From positions 75,828,001-75,891,513 of the forward strand of contig CM052816.1 in NCBI GenBank assembly GCA_028534125.1: a DNA stretch of 63,513 nucleotides, read 5' to 3'. The DNA comes from Lama glama (taxonomy: Eukaryota). Shown piece by piece: positions 23,058-35,177 of the stretch; the first letter of the stretch is position 1; every line of letters begins with the position of its first letter. Below the pieces are notes generated by a model. That model made no database searches and was not told the origin of the DNA. It was given only the letters and a program-made list of their open reading frames with translations. The position numbers and the translations under genes were made by a program.

Positions 23058-24188
23058 CCAGGGGTTCTCAGCATTGGCTGAACACCAGAACCACTTGGGG
23101 GAATTTTCTTCAAAATGCTAATGCCTGGGCCCTACCCAGATCAATGAAGTAAGAACCTACAGGTATGGGTGTTTAAGAAGCTCCCAGTTGCCTGACTTAT
23201 TTCACTTAGCATAATACTCTACAAGTCCATCCATGTTGCTGCAAGTGGTAAAATTTTATTCTTTTTTATGGCTGAGTAGTATTCCATTGCATGTATATAT
23301 GTATATACATGTGTATACATATGTGTGTGTGTGTGTGTATACATATATACCCCATATCTTCTTTATCCATTCATCTGTTAATGGACATTTAAGTTGTTTA
23401 CGTATCTTGGCAATTGGAAATAATGCTGCTATGAACATTGGGGTGCATGTGTCTTTTTAAGTTAATTTTTTTTTTGTTTTTTTTTTTTGTTTTTGGATGT
23501 GTACCCAGGAGTGGAATTGCTGGGTCATATGGTGATTCTATTTCTCTTTTTTTGAGAAACCGCCATTCTTTTTTCCACAGTGGCCGCACCAATTTACATT
23601 CCCACCAACAATGTACAAGTGTTCCATTTTCTCCACATCCTTGCCAACATTTGTTATTTGTGTTCTTTTTGATGATAACCATTCTGACTGGTGTGAGGTG
23701 ATATCTCATTTTGGTTTTGGTCTGCATTTCTATGATGATTAAGGATGTTGACCATCGTTTCATGTGCCTGTTGGCCATCTGCATGTCCTCTTTGGAAAAA
23801 TGTCTATTCAGTTCAAATACTATATGATATCACTTGCACATGAAATCTAAAAAATACAACAAACTAGTGAATGTAAGAAAAAAGAAGCAGACTCACAGAT
23901 ACAGAAAATGAACTAGTGGTTACCAGTGGAGAGAGAGAAGAGGGAAGGGGAAACACAGAGGTAGGGGATAAAGAGGTACAAACTATTAGTTACAAAATAA
24001 GCTACAAGGATACATTGTACACTATGGGGAATATAGCAACTATTTTATAATAACTATAAAAGGAATATAACCTTTAAAAATTGTGAATCACTATAGTATA
24101 CATCCATAACTTATGTAATATTGTATATCAACTATACTTCAATTTCAAACAAAAGCTCCCAGGTATAATCAGAATTGGGAATCATTGG
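23058..24188. mobile_element. MER5A1-like hAT MITE split by an L1
   Basis: caggggttctcagcattggctgaacaccagaaccacttgggg...aagctcccag, L1 insert, then gtataatcagaattgggaatcattg. Confidence 0.65.
23188..24152 (+). mobile_element. 5'-inverted (twin-primed) L1 3' fragment
   Basis: Minus-strand ORF2 C-terminus at 23188-23814 (ORFs 23398..23784 and 23256..23438), plus-strand 3'UTR at 23814-24152. TSD aagctcccag at 23178-23187 and 24153-24162. Confidence 0.92.
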
Positions 24189-24439
24189 GTTAGAGTCAAG
24201 CCAAATTCCACCTGCAGGCCTTATTCTGCATGTTACTTTTTTGTTCCCCTTCCACTGAGTGAACCATTCCTTTCTCTTTTCTCTGTCAATGTTCTTCATT
24301 AGAATGCAGCTTCAAATATCTCTTTCAAGTGAAATTCTAAGACTCATACCCTAGATTAGGCTTTTTGTTCTGTGTGGTACCATCTTTACTCTGAAATATT
24401 ATTTTTCCACTTGGATTTATTGACAAGTGAAATTCAGAA

Positions 24440-24600
24440 GTTTTCTTCAGCTCTTTCTTTTGTGTGTGTTTTCCCCCAAATCAGTGTGGAAGCTCCTTAT
24501 GGAGGAGACCGACATTCCATTTTTGTGCACTGTTTCCCAGTGCCTTTTCACTGCTTCTGGCTGCAGTAGGCATTCAACAGATGGTCAAAGCCAACTGACT
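24440..24600 (+). mobile_element. L2 3' end
   Basis: atcagtgtggaagctccttatggagg...ttcccagtgcc...ctggctgcagtaggcattcaacagatg. Confidence 0.65.
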
Positions 24601-25379
24601 CACTTCTGGTAAGTGACTCCTTCCTCCTGCCTATCTCAGTGTTAGCAGCTGTGGGAGCTTAACATGAATTATTGAACTTTTAACTGACTTTCTAACTCCA
24701 AATTGTAGTCTCTTTCATCATCCAGTTTCTTGGAATTTAATCATTCTTCCTTCCCACCATTTCAAATGAAATATTTTAAAATTTCTTATCTTTAGGCAGT
24801 TTTGGGGGAGATACCTACATCATTAAATGCAGCTATAATAAAAGCCATAGCACTGATACATACTCTGCTAAGCTTCATGAAGGCAGGGACCATGTCATAT
24901 ATATTTTTGTGTCACAGACACATGAACAAGTCCCTGGTATATAGCAATTTCTTGATAAAGATTTGTTGAATTAATTAGTCCCTTGATTAAATTAAGGTTC
25001 ATTAGCAGAGACATTCTGAATTCATTTATCACATAGATTATTCAGAAAATCAGATGCATTTCTAATAGCATTTTTTCCTCTGCATTTATCTTCTTATCAC
25101 TCATAAGTTCTGGGAATCTAACTTTCCTGTTTTATATCACTGTGCCTCAGCTTTCCAGTTCACTGACATATTTTTGGATTTTGTGTTGACTTATATTGGT
25201 CATTGATCTGTCTGGCTGTCTATGAATCTATGAATATCTAACACTATACCTAAAGAGGATCATTCTGAGTTATTGAATTAAATGTACTTAATTTTATTTC
25301 CTAAATATCATTAGAGAAAACATGGAAAGTATTACAATGTAAAATGATGTAACTATCAATTTATTTCACTCAATGACAA

Positions 25380-25800
25380 TCACTGGGAATTTTTTTGTGT
25401 ATTTCCTGCCAATCTTTTTTTTCTTTGCATTTTTAAAGCATGGTTGTGATCTCAGATCCAACTATTTATTCCATTTTGTATTTTAATTTATTCTGTTCTA
25501 ATGAATCTATTGTACACTAATATATAGGTGTACAATGATTTTAATAAACCATTCTCTTATTGTTGAACTTCTGGATTGTACCATTTTTTATTACAATAAA
25601 TAATCCTAGGATGACCATCTTCATGCATAAATTTTTTCCCATAAATAGGGTTATGACCCAGAAGCTGTGTCTGAGAATATGAACATTTTCAAGTTCTTAG
25701 CACAGGGAAATAAATTACTTCCCCAAAGTGTTGGAATCTTCTATAGCCCTGACAACAGTGCCTCTGTAATACCCCTTTCAATGAACTCTTGCCAGGCTTG
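25380..25800 (-). mobile_element. Old L1 (L1ME-type) fragment
   Basis: aaccattctcttattgttgaactt...ttacaataaataatcctaggatgaccatcttcatgcata. Confidence 0.6.
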
Positions 25801-26569
25801 AGGACTTATTTCTAATACAGAAAGTGTAATTTTTATTTTATCTAAGATCCCCTTAGGGGGTCCCATTGTGCATATGTCTATAAGATTTACTCCATTCACT
25901 TTGGCATACTGCCATACCAGCTTGTAAATCTTTCTACACCAATATTACCCTTATGCAGTTGCTGATATGAAGAGAACAGGTTACTTGGTTTGGTTTGAAT
26001 GTGCTGCTCTGGGTGTGTGATAGAAGCTGATTGAAGTGTGCTGCTACGAAGGTCCTGAGAAAGATGCCCTGAACCACCATGTCACATGTGTGCCAGTATA
26101 TGTTCCTTTAGGTTGAAAATACCTCTAAAAAGAAACTGAAGCTTAACTCCTGGGCTAGCATTTTTTATATAGGAGTTTGGGTATCTAAGCTAGAAGAAGC
26201 CATAATGTCATAGGGCATTCACAGACTTCTAGAAATAGAGTTTCCTTATGAAAGTGGGGAACCATGGCTTTTGGGATGGCTTTAATTGACTTTATATCTT
26301 TAGGCCACATCTATATTCCGTTATGTTTAATTTTTTTGGATCTATTCTTATACCACAAGAGGGATAAAATGTGGTTTTTATTTTGGCAACTGGGTTGCTG
26401 CTGTATGGTAAGAAGGAAATTTTATTTAATGCTGTGGTTAGGTTAGCTGAAGCACTGGTTTTTAATGTATCATGAAAGAAGACCAAATATCCATTAAATT
26501 AGTGGTAGGTAGAGAGAAAGAGAAATTATTAGGTAAAAATATGAAGTATTCAACTATCAAGCCACTAAT

Positions 26570-26810
26570 CAAATGTCATATTCTTTCTGAAGTCTTTTCT
26601 AGCCATTCTGACTTTTGTGTTTGTTCTCCCATAGCACTTGGACTGTTCCCTTGTTATAGCAATGACCACATTGCATTAGAGTTTTTTGTTTATATAACTG
26701 TTCCCCCTGCACAATTATGGTCTTGTAGAAGACAAAGGTAATATTTTACATATTGTATCCCTAGCACCTAGCGGGGTCTGATGGGTGATTGATCATTGAT
26801 TGTTGGATGA
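26570..26810 (+). mobile_element. L2 3' region
   Basis: tcaaatgtcatattctttctgaagtctttt...ttgtatccctagcacctagc...ttgttggatga. Confidence 0.65.
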
Positions 26811-26919
26811 TGGAAACACGGAGATGTAAGAGAATTGGAAAATATTCTCAAATGGGTGTATTCTAAATAGCATGTATCCTAAATTAGCTATTTTAGGCAA
26901 AACAGACAATATGGAAATG

Positions 26920-27065
26920 TGTTCCTCATTTTATAGCAGATGAAGAAGTGTGTCATAGAGAAGTTCAGTGACTTCCTCAAGTGACACAGCTGACTAAGGC
27001 ACGAAGCCAGGTTCAGCATGCAGATGTCCTAATTCTCAGTTCCATGTTCTTTCCAATGCACCTCA
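26920..27065 (-). mobile_element. MIR fragment
   Basis: cctcattttatagcagatgaagaagtg...agagaagttcagtgacttcctcaagtgacacagct. Confidence 0.75.
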
Positions 27066-28780
27066 GTGTAATCCACTTTAGAATAATGGATGAATATGAT
27101 ATTTTTCTGACTGTATGGAGAAGACACCCAGCAATATAAACTTCCTTTATGTTATGATGTATGTTGATTCCTTCTGGCATATTTTAGAATACTGCGAGTG
27201 GAGAAATGCTTTACAGTCAATGTTAAGATTCGTGGTATCATGGGCCTTGACAGAGAAGATCAAAGAACTGAATCTTCTCAGGGGAAGACTTTATAAGAAA
27301 GATAATGTTTTAGTGTTAATGTCACATAATAATAAATTTTATTAAGTGCCATATTTGGACAAATGTCATACCTATATTTATTTATACTTCTTATTTTTTG
27401 TGAGTTAATTAGATGAATAAACTCATCTAATACCGATAAAACTGCATTTGACCTATAGTGTAGCAAGTGCTCAATATTCTTGTTCCTCTTTTTTTCTTAA
27501 CATAATGTTCTTCAAACATTTTTTTTCTGTCCTGGAACATTCAGAAGAAGCAACTAAAGTGCTTGTTATGGTAGCTGGAAGAATCAGTTGACAATTTAAA
27601 AGAAGTTATTCTGCATAAAGGGAGGTTCCAGTAGACAGAATGGGACTAATATAAACCAACCAATGTATACTCTCGACAGGTTGCTGCACCAGGCTTTGAT
27701 AATTAAGACTCCACTAGGTCTTAGAGAGGGGAAGATCCATTACGTAAATTTCTTTCTTTCTCTTTTCTTTTCCTTCCAAAAGCAGGCACCAGAAGAAGCC
27801 AGTGGAAGAGTGTCACAAGAGAACCAGGCAGTGTGCCTGTTTTCCCAGTAACTTAAAGGCATCAGGTAGATGTCATAGAAGCAAAAGAGACAAAACAAAA
27901 CCAAAACCAAAAATAAACTTTTAATCTTCTGAGAACTGGGAAGTGACATCAGAGAATGGCACAAAAAGGGACAAAGGCAAAGAGCATGGGGAATGTGAAG
28001 GAGCACAAGTCCACAAATAAACTCCGTGGTCCCCATGGGTTTCAGTCTAGTCCGTCTTCCCTGTTTCCCATACAGATAGCTTCTATGCCCCTCAGTTTTT
28101 CCATTAATGAAAAGAAGGTGAATGACAAAAGAAGGTTCCTTGGTCTTTTGGAATAAGATAAGAAAAGTACCATTAGCGAAAATGTCCATTAATCTAACTA
28201 TCACCCTAGTTCTAGCTTATGGTTTTAATTAGCATTATTTTCTTTGATGATTTTTGATTACCCTTACAGCCCCTAAGCACTTTGGCAGGGATACGGTGGG
28301 GAAAGTTACTGTAAATCAAATTATGAATTTTATTGCTCTAATTGGAGTAGAAATCCACGGCATCAATTAAATTCTCATTTCTTATTCTCCTGGTTCATGA
28401 TCCTCATTCTAGGTGTGTATAAAGTCTCAGTGTGGTATAATGATGTAATTCCTTAAGCAGCAGTGCCCTGGTACATTAATAACATCCTGGTTAGGAGAGG
28501 CAGGAGTCTAAAACCATACTGGGAACAGCACCTCCGGGCATTGTGAGAACCTAAACTATGTCTTTTTCCTCCTTGTCTTTCCACATCACCTAGCTCAGGC
28601 CAAGGAACACAGAAGGAGTTTAAGTGGTTCCTATGGAGACACTGATGCTTGATCTCCCTTGTTATCTCCAAATTCAGTTGCTCATGGTCTGTCACAACTT
28701 GGCGGGGAGGTGGAAGTCCACAGTCAAGTTTCCAGTAGCATCGAGGTCACAAAGTCTTCTGCAGAATGAGAGTTCCAAGA

Positions 28781-29115
28781 TGTGTTAGGATAATTAATCC
28801 TAGCTGCCACAGCCAATAAGACTTTGAAATCTCAGGAGGTTGCCAAATAAATGCTTACTTCCCATTCCATCCTGTAGCTGTGGAATCTGCCTGGCCTCTG
28901 AATGGAACATGTGGCCTCTGCAGTTGTTGCAGGTGGGAAAACAGAGATGGCAGAGGTGCACTGGCTCTCTCACCTGCTTTGGCCTGGAAGTCATATGCAT
29001 TTCCACCCAGAGTCCTTTTGGCTGGAATTAGTCACATGACTTCAAGTGTATATGTAATGGGGGCTGTGAAATACAGGGGAGTTCATGAAATATTTAGTGA
29101 GCACTGTCCTTGACA
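28781..29115 (-). mobile_element. Old MaLR LTR (MLT1J/L-like)
   Basis: tgtgttaggataattaatcctagctgc start; ctttggcctggaagtcatatgcatttccacccagagtccttttggctggaattagtcacatgac internal motif. Confidence 0.65.
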
Positions 29116-29269
29116 TATTAGGATTTCTGTAGTGCCCTGGGGATTTCATCCTTCCTTGGGGTACTGAGCTATGAATGGCATATAATGTAAACACAGATGA
29201 GCCAGCCAGTTAGTTCTGTGGGAAATTCTTTTTTTTTAATTTAAAATTAAGTTTTTTATTTATTAATTT

Positions 29270-29346
29270 CTTTTCTTATTGAGGTATAGTTAATGTTTAA
29301 TATTATATAAGTTACAAGTATACAACATAGTGATCACAATTTTTAA
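29270..29346 (-). mobile_element. Short L1 3' end inserted into the tail of an older L1
   Basis: attgaggtatagttaatg...agtgatcacaattttt matches the reverse complement of the 3' end at 24075-24143. TSD tatttattaattt at 29257-29269 and 29347-29359. Confidence 0.75.
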
Positions 29347-29359
29347 TATTTATTAATTT

Positions 29360-29862
29360 TTAAAATTGAGGTATAATTGACATATTTTATTACTTTCAGG
29401 TGTACAACCTGATTTGATATTTGTATATATTGAGAAATGATTGCTGCAATAAGTGTAGTTAACATCTGTCACCACACATAGTTACAAAACATTTTTCCTT
29501 GTGGTGAAAACTTAAAATCCATTCTTGGAGTGACTTTCAGATATGCAATAAAGTATTACTATTTATAGTCACCATGCTATACATTACCTCCCTGACTTAT
29601 TTATATTACAACTGGAAGTTTGTACCCAGTTCAATGTCCTTCACTGATTTTGTCTGCTCCCGACTCTCTATTCTGGCAACTACCAGTCTGTTCTCTGTAT
29701 CTGAGTTCAGTTTTGGTTTTTTTTAAGATTTCACATAGAAGTGAGAGCCTATGGTATTTGACTTTCTCTGTCTAACTAATTTTACTTAGCACAATGCCGT
29801 CAAGATCCATTCATGTCCCAGATAGCAAGATTTTTTCTTTTTATGGCTAATTTTCCATTGTA

Positions 29863-29895
<33 letters not shown>

Positions 29896-30237
29896 TATAT
29901 ATATAAAATATATATATATACACCACATCTTCTTAATCCATTCATCCATTGATGGACACAGGTTGTTTCCCTATTTTGGCTATTGCGAAAAATGCTGCAG
30001 TGAACATAAGGGTACATATATATTTTTGAGTTAGTTTTCATTTTCTTTGAGTAAATACCTAGAGGTGGAATTGCTAGATCATATGATGGTTCTAATTTAA
30101 ATTTTTTGAGGAAACTTCATATTGTTTTTTTACCAACTGTGCACAAGGCTTCCCTTTTCTCCACATTTTCACCAACACTTGTTATTTTTTTGTCCTTTTG
30201 AGGATAGCCATTCTAACAGGTATGAGGTGATATCTCA
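29360..30237 (-). mobile_element. 5'-truncated L1 (L1MA-type 3'UTR plus ORF2 end)
   Basis: attgaggtataattgaca...ctggcaactaccagtctgttctctgtatct...gatagccattctaacaggtatgaggtgatatctca. Confidence 0.92.
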
Positions 30238-30611
30238 GTTTGTCCCTTCAAATGCTCAGCGTTTTGCTGATCTTCACCAGAATGTGACAAAGCCCTTTAT
30301 CATCTTTCAAATGTCAGGGAAAAGTGAAATTTTTAATTAATGATTAACTGTTTGAATAATTTAATTTTTTCATAGAAATTTCAAACTTAAATAGTATGAA
30401 TTTCTTTGGAGTAAAGCATATTCAAGTTTTATTCTATAGACTTCTGAATTATTGAGATTTTTAAGAATAAATATGTATTATTTCAGTAATTATAGATTTT
30501 AAGTTGCAAATATTTTGTTTTATGGTTCTCATCCAAGCAAGTGAACTACATATATATATGTATTTATTTATGTATTTTAAAATATATATATATATTTTTT
30601 AATTTGATATC

Positions 30612-30973
30612 TGTGTTAGTCTGTTAGGGCTGTCATAACAAAATACTATAGACTGGGGTTTAAATGACAGAAATTTATTTTCTCACAGTTTTGGAGGTTG
30701 GGAAATTTAAAATTGAGGAGCCAGCTGATGTGGTTCCTGTGAAGGCAGGCAGCGACCTTCTCACTGTGTCTGCACGTGGCAGAGAGAATAAGCCGAACTC
30801 TCTGGTGTTTCTTCTTATAGGGATACTAATTCTATTAGATAGACAACGTACCTTTATGACCTCATTTATCCTTAATTATTTCCATAAAGGTTCTATCTCC
30901 AAATAGTCACATTGAGGGTTAGGCATTCCACATATGCCTTTGGGAGGGGACATAAATACTCAGTCTATTATGA
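30612..30973 (-). mobile_element. MaLR solo LTR, MLT1A-like
   Basis: tgtgttagtctgttagggctgtcataacaaaatactatagactgggg...ggacataaatactcagtctatta. Confidence 0.85.
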
Positions 30974-32414
30974 ACTCATCTCTTGGATAAGAATAAGAAC
31001 ACAGAAGTTACCGGAATATCTCTCAAAAGCATCCTCCTTAAGCCAAAAGAGAACCAAAGTTTCATACTAAAGGTCAATCTTTTGTTGTTGTTGTTGGGGA
31101 CGTTGAAATAGACTGAAGAAGGCTGGTTCAAGTTGTTGCAATTTTTTAAAGGCCTGTCTGTCAAGAGATTTGTGGGCTGAATTTTATCTCTTTCTTTCCC
31201 ACTGGCTCTAAGAGCTGGTTCTTTGAATGTTGCATGTGATCAGATTTCTGTACACCATTCTGTTTAGTTTGGATTACACATGTGTGTCTTTTGGCTGTAG
31301 GAACTCAAGAAGGGCCTCATATATTTCTTTGGAGTCAGTTTCAAAGTTGTACCCCCGAGAGACCATGTTTTCATGTGAGTAATGGTCACTTGGAAATCCT
31401 TTAAGGAAGTCTTCAAATAACAGAGAAATTAATAGAGAAATGTTTTGTTATTTAACTATTAGAACATGTTACAATCAAACAATAGATTAAATTAGCCGCA
31501 ATTCCACATAGAAGCCAGCACCGAACCAGGGCAATGTTATTTGGTCATCTGAAGTATTTCCTTAGGTTTTACAGGGCTGGTTGCCAGCAAACTCACTTAT
31601 GTTTACTTTTAGCTCAGTCTTTTATCCAGCCTGCGGTAAACTCTTATATAATTGTCACTGGGATATCAGCTTTCTCTTACATCATAAACCACATCATCAC
31701 AATTGATGGAAGCCACCTTCTTTAAGTAGCAAATTATATGGCTGAAGAAACGTGTTATCAAGACAAGTGCCTTGTGAGCAGCGTGGCTAGCAGATGGAGT
31801 GATTTCCATAATTCCCCAGTCTTTGTTCTCACTTTATACTCTGTCCTCACCATGTTCAGGAGGCAGCTTCCCACAACATGAGAGCCAGAACCCCATTTAC
31901 TATCAGACAAGAATCAGAACTACTTTACCTTAAGACACTTTTGTTTCCACAGATTAAAAGACATTTAATATTATGTTCAAGTACCAATTAGTCAATCATT
32001 GTAAAGTTCTTTGAGAAGGAGGAGCACCTATTGTATGAATTTAAGGAATTATTATTTTATTACTTACACAACAACTTAATGTGCAATTATCATTGTTTTT
32101 AAAAAATATTTTGTTTGAACTCAGCAGGATATTGTGATAATCGCCTGAGTTATTGAGTCTCCTAAAGCTATAATTAGACTAGGAAAACCAGAGTGGGTTG
32201 GGATAGACTCAAATGCTTGGCTAAGGACCGGCACTGGAGAGGAGGTGCATGCAGGAAAAGGCCTGGGCTGACAGATAACTGATTGCCATGGCCTTTCTGC
32301 TACTGGCTCTAGATGGCAAGAATGTGACAAAGAAAAGGGAACTTTTTTCACAAATCAGCTAAATCTATAACTTTGTCATAGGTGCAGCCCTCTTATGGTC
32401 TCAGGTATTATAAG

Positions 32415-32645
32415 CACAGCGTAGAAGGGACGTGGGCTTTGGTTTCAGGCAGCTCTGGTTGGAATCCTAACTTTGGTTCCTAGGAGACCTCAGACCTAGT
32501 CTCATTGATCTCAGCCTCCTAATCCATAAAAAAATAGTACTTTGTAAAGTTGTATCAGTATTAGTAATAATGTATGGCAAGTAGTAACTACTGGGCCCAA
32601 TTCATCATGGATGCTTGGTAAATTGTGTTGATGATCATGATCATT
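32415..32645 (+). mobile_element. MIR SINE
   Basis: cagcgtagaagggacgtgggctttggtttcaggcag...ctcagcctcctaatccataaaa. Confidence 0.7.
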
Positions 32646-33799
32646 ATGGTTAATAGTCACATGTGAAAAAGATGAGGAAAGTAATCCCCATCATCAGTGA
32701 CCATTGTTTGGAGTTAGGCCTTGCATTGTAATGGTTTAATCAGGTAGAACTGTTGATTCTAATAGGTTAATTGGTTCCTCCTTTAAGAAAACCAGTAATT
32801 GTATTTTGAAGAGGTGTCCTGTAGGCATTATAACAATTTAATCCAAAAAAAAAAAAAAAAGGCTGTGGAAGGAATTTCAAGCATAGACAGGCTGGTTGAG
32901 AAGAGATTTAGGGGGCATGATTGGCTTTTGACTTTTAGATCACATTATATGGGGGATAATTTACATTATAAAAAGACACTGTCATTTTACATTATTCAGA
33001 GTTTAAGAGATTGGTGTTTGATGGGGGGTTAATGAAGTGCACAGGAAAGGGCATAAAGCATCTATAATGCATTTATAAATCAATTGTTGCATTAAGATAA
33101 AGCGTGACAATATTAGTCCTTTGTTGACACATATAATGGACTTTTCTATCCTCATTATTGCACTTCATACTTTCTGGACTTGAGGTATGACTGTTCCAGA
33201 AAGAGTAAAAAATATTGATATGAATTTTTTAGATACAATTTAATTTCCTTGCTGATCATACTTTTTAAATTACTGAAATAATGCATTTTTATTCTAAAAA
33301 GCTCAACAATTCAGAAGTGTATAGAATAAAACATGAATATCCTTTACTCTAAAAAAATCATGCTATTTTAACTTTAAAAATTATATGAAAAAATTGAAGT
33401 ATTTAAACAGTTAATCATTAATTTAAAATTTCACTTTTACTTGACATTTGAAAGATGATGAGGGGCTTAGGGGCATTCTGGTGAAGGTTTGAAAAACTCT
33501 GAGCATTTGAAAGGAGTGCACTGCAATCTCTTTTATCCATGGATTCTTTCAGGAGGGCTTCTTGGTGTAGGGACATGAGATGGCCTGGGAGTCTCTACAA
33601 AAATGTCAGGGATCTGTCCCCCATGAACACATGGCAGAGAATTTTAAATTTCCCTTTAGGAATAACCAATCTCATAACTAACCAATAAAAAACACTCCTG
33701 TAGAATAAGCCCATGGCCCCAGTGTAATGCATTCTGTTTTTGGGAGGACTTCACTGAAAAGGACTGATGGTTTCAGTGCTGTTTCAAGTCAAAGGGATG

Positions 33800-34297
33800 T
33801 GTCTACTGAAAAAAGAAAAAAGCACAACCAAAACGCTGAGAATTATGTTTTATTCGGTGGACTTTCCGAGGACTTCAAGCCCAGAAGGCAGTCTCTCAGA
33901 TAGCTCTGAAGGACTGCTCTGAAGAGGTAGGGGAGGAGCCCCGATTTATAGGAGTTTTGCAATAGGAACCAGGTAGTAGGAACATCAAAAGACTATTGTT
34001 CAAGAAAACCAGACATCTTAAGTTAATGGGAAGATGCAAGAGTCTGGCCTCATTGCAATCATTCATGTGATATGCAACTTTGCTTTGTAGGGCCAGTATT
34101 CTGTTCTTTCCCATCCTGAGTTCCCTCAGGGTACACTGTTGGGAGTGGCTGCAGTGGCTGAGGGCTTGGCAGCAGGCAGCCTGCTTGTCTCAATTCTGAG
34201 TTCCCTCTGGCTTACCTTAGGGAGGCGGGAGTGGCTGATGGCTGTTGGCCCAGCATCCTTTGTTTGTTGATGTGGGAGGCAACATTTTTCATTCACA
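33800..34297 (-). mobile_element. ERV1-class solo LTR (498 bp)
   Basis: TG...CA termini with exact 4-bp TSD gatg (33796-33799, 34298-34301). Minus-strand TATAAA at 33945-33950 and AATAAA at 33849-33854. Duplicated ctgagttccctc...gggagtggctg blocks in U3. Confidence 0.9.
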
Positions 34298-34677
34298 GAT
34301 GACAATGGGTTTTCAAAGTGGAGTTTCTCTCTGAGGTTCCATTTTGAGATTTCTCAATGCAGAAAAGTAGTTAAGACTTATAGGAAGCAGCACTGATCAT
34401 TGCTGAAGGCCTCTGCTGAAATTATTATTGATAAAAAGCCTTTATGAAAGATCTATTAGAGTTCTTGACTCCTGGCCAGCAGAAGCTTACCATTTAAGAC
34501 TGCAAGGGAGGCAACAGATATTAAGGACACGTGGACAGTTAAGAAAGTGCTGAATGAATATATGGATATGCTATTGTATACAGGAAGTAGTAGGTGTATG
34601 CTGGAGGGTGGAATGACTATGATAATAGTTTAGGCCCTCATTTCAAAAAATCTTTTGGTTAAGGGTTTTATCAGGGA

Positions 34678-35177
34678 TGCATTTCAGTTATCTGTTGCAG
34701 GGTAACAAACCACTCTGAAACTTAGTGGCTTGAAATAATAACAACATCTATAGACTGAGCTCAGATGTGTGGTTCTTCTGGTAGCCTTCTCTGGTGTTAT
34801 TTACATAGCTGCAATTATCTGCAGGATTTCTAGGGCTGGAAGTCCAAATTGGCTTTCCTCATATGTCTGGCATCTTAGTTGAGATGCCTGGAACAGATGC
34901 GGGTTGGCTGGGAATCAGTCAATCTTTCTCTCTCTTTTTCCTCTTAGCCTCTGCAGCAGAGTAGCTGGACCTCTTTACATAGCGGCTTAAGTCTCCAAGA
35001 TATGAACGCAGAAGCAACCATATCCCTTAAGGCCTAGGGCAGAACTTGTAAAGTGTCACTTTAACTCTATACTATCGATCAAAGAAGTCACAAGGCCAGC
35101 CCAGTTTCCACATCAGAAGGAAAACAGACTAATTTATTGACGAGAGGAACAGCAAAGGTCATCTTCAGTTCACCCAG
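34678..35177 (-). mobile_element. Old MaLR LTR (MLT1H/G-like)
   Basis: tcagttatctgttgcagggtaacaaaccactctgaaacttagtggcttgaaa...gtcacaaggccagcccag. Confidence 0.8.

Noticed and set aside
27740..28204. Longest ORF in the window (154 aa, minus strand)
   Set aside because: Runs through low-complexity A-rich and pyrimidine tracts and has no recognisable similarity.
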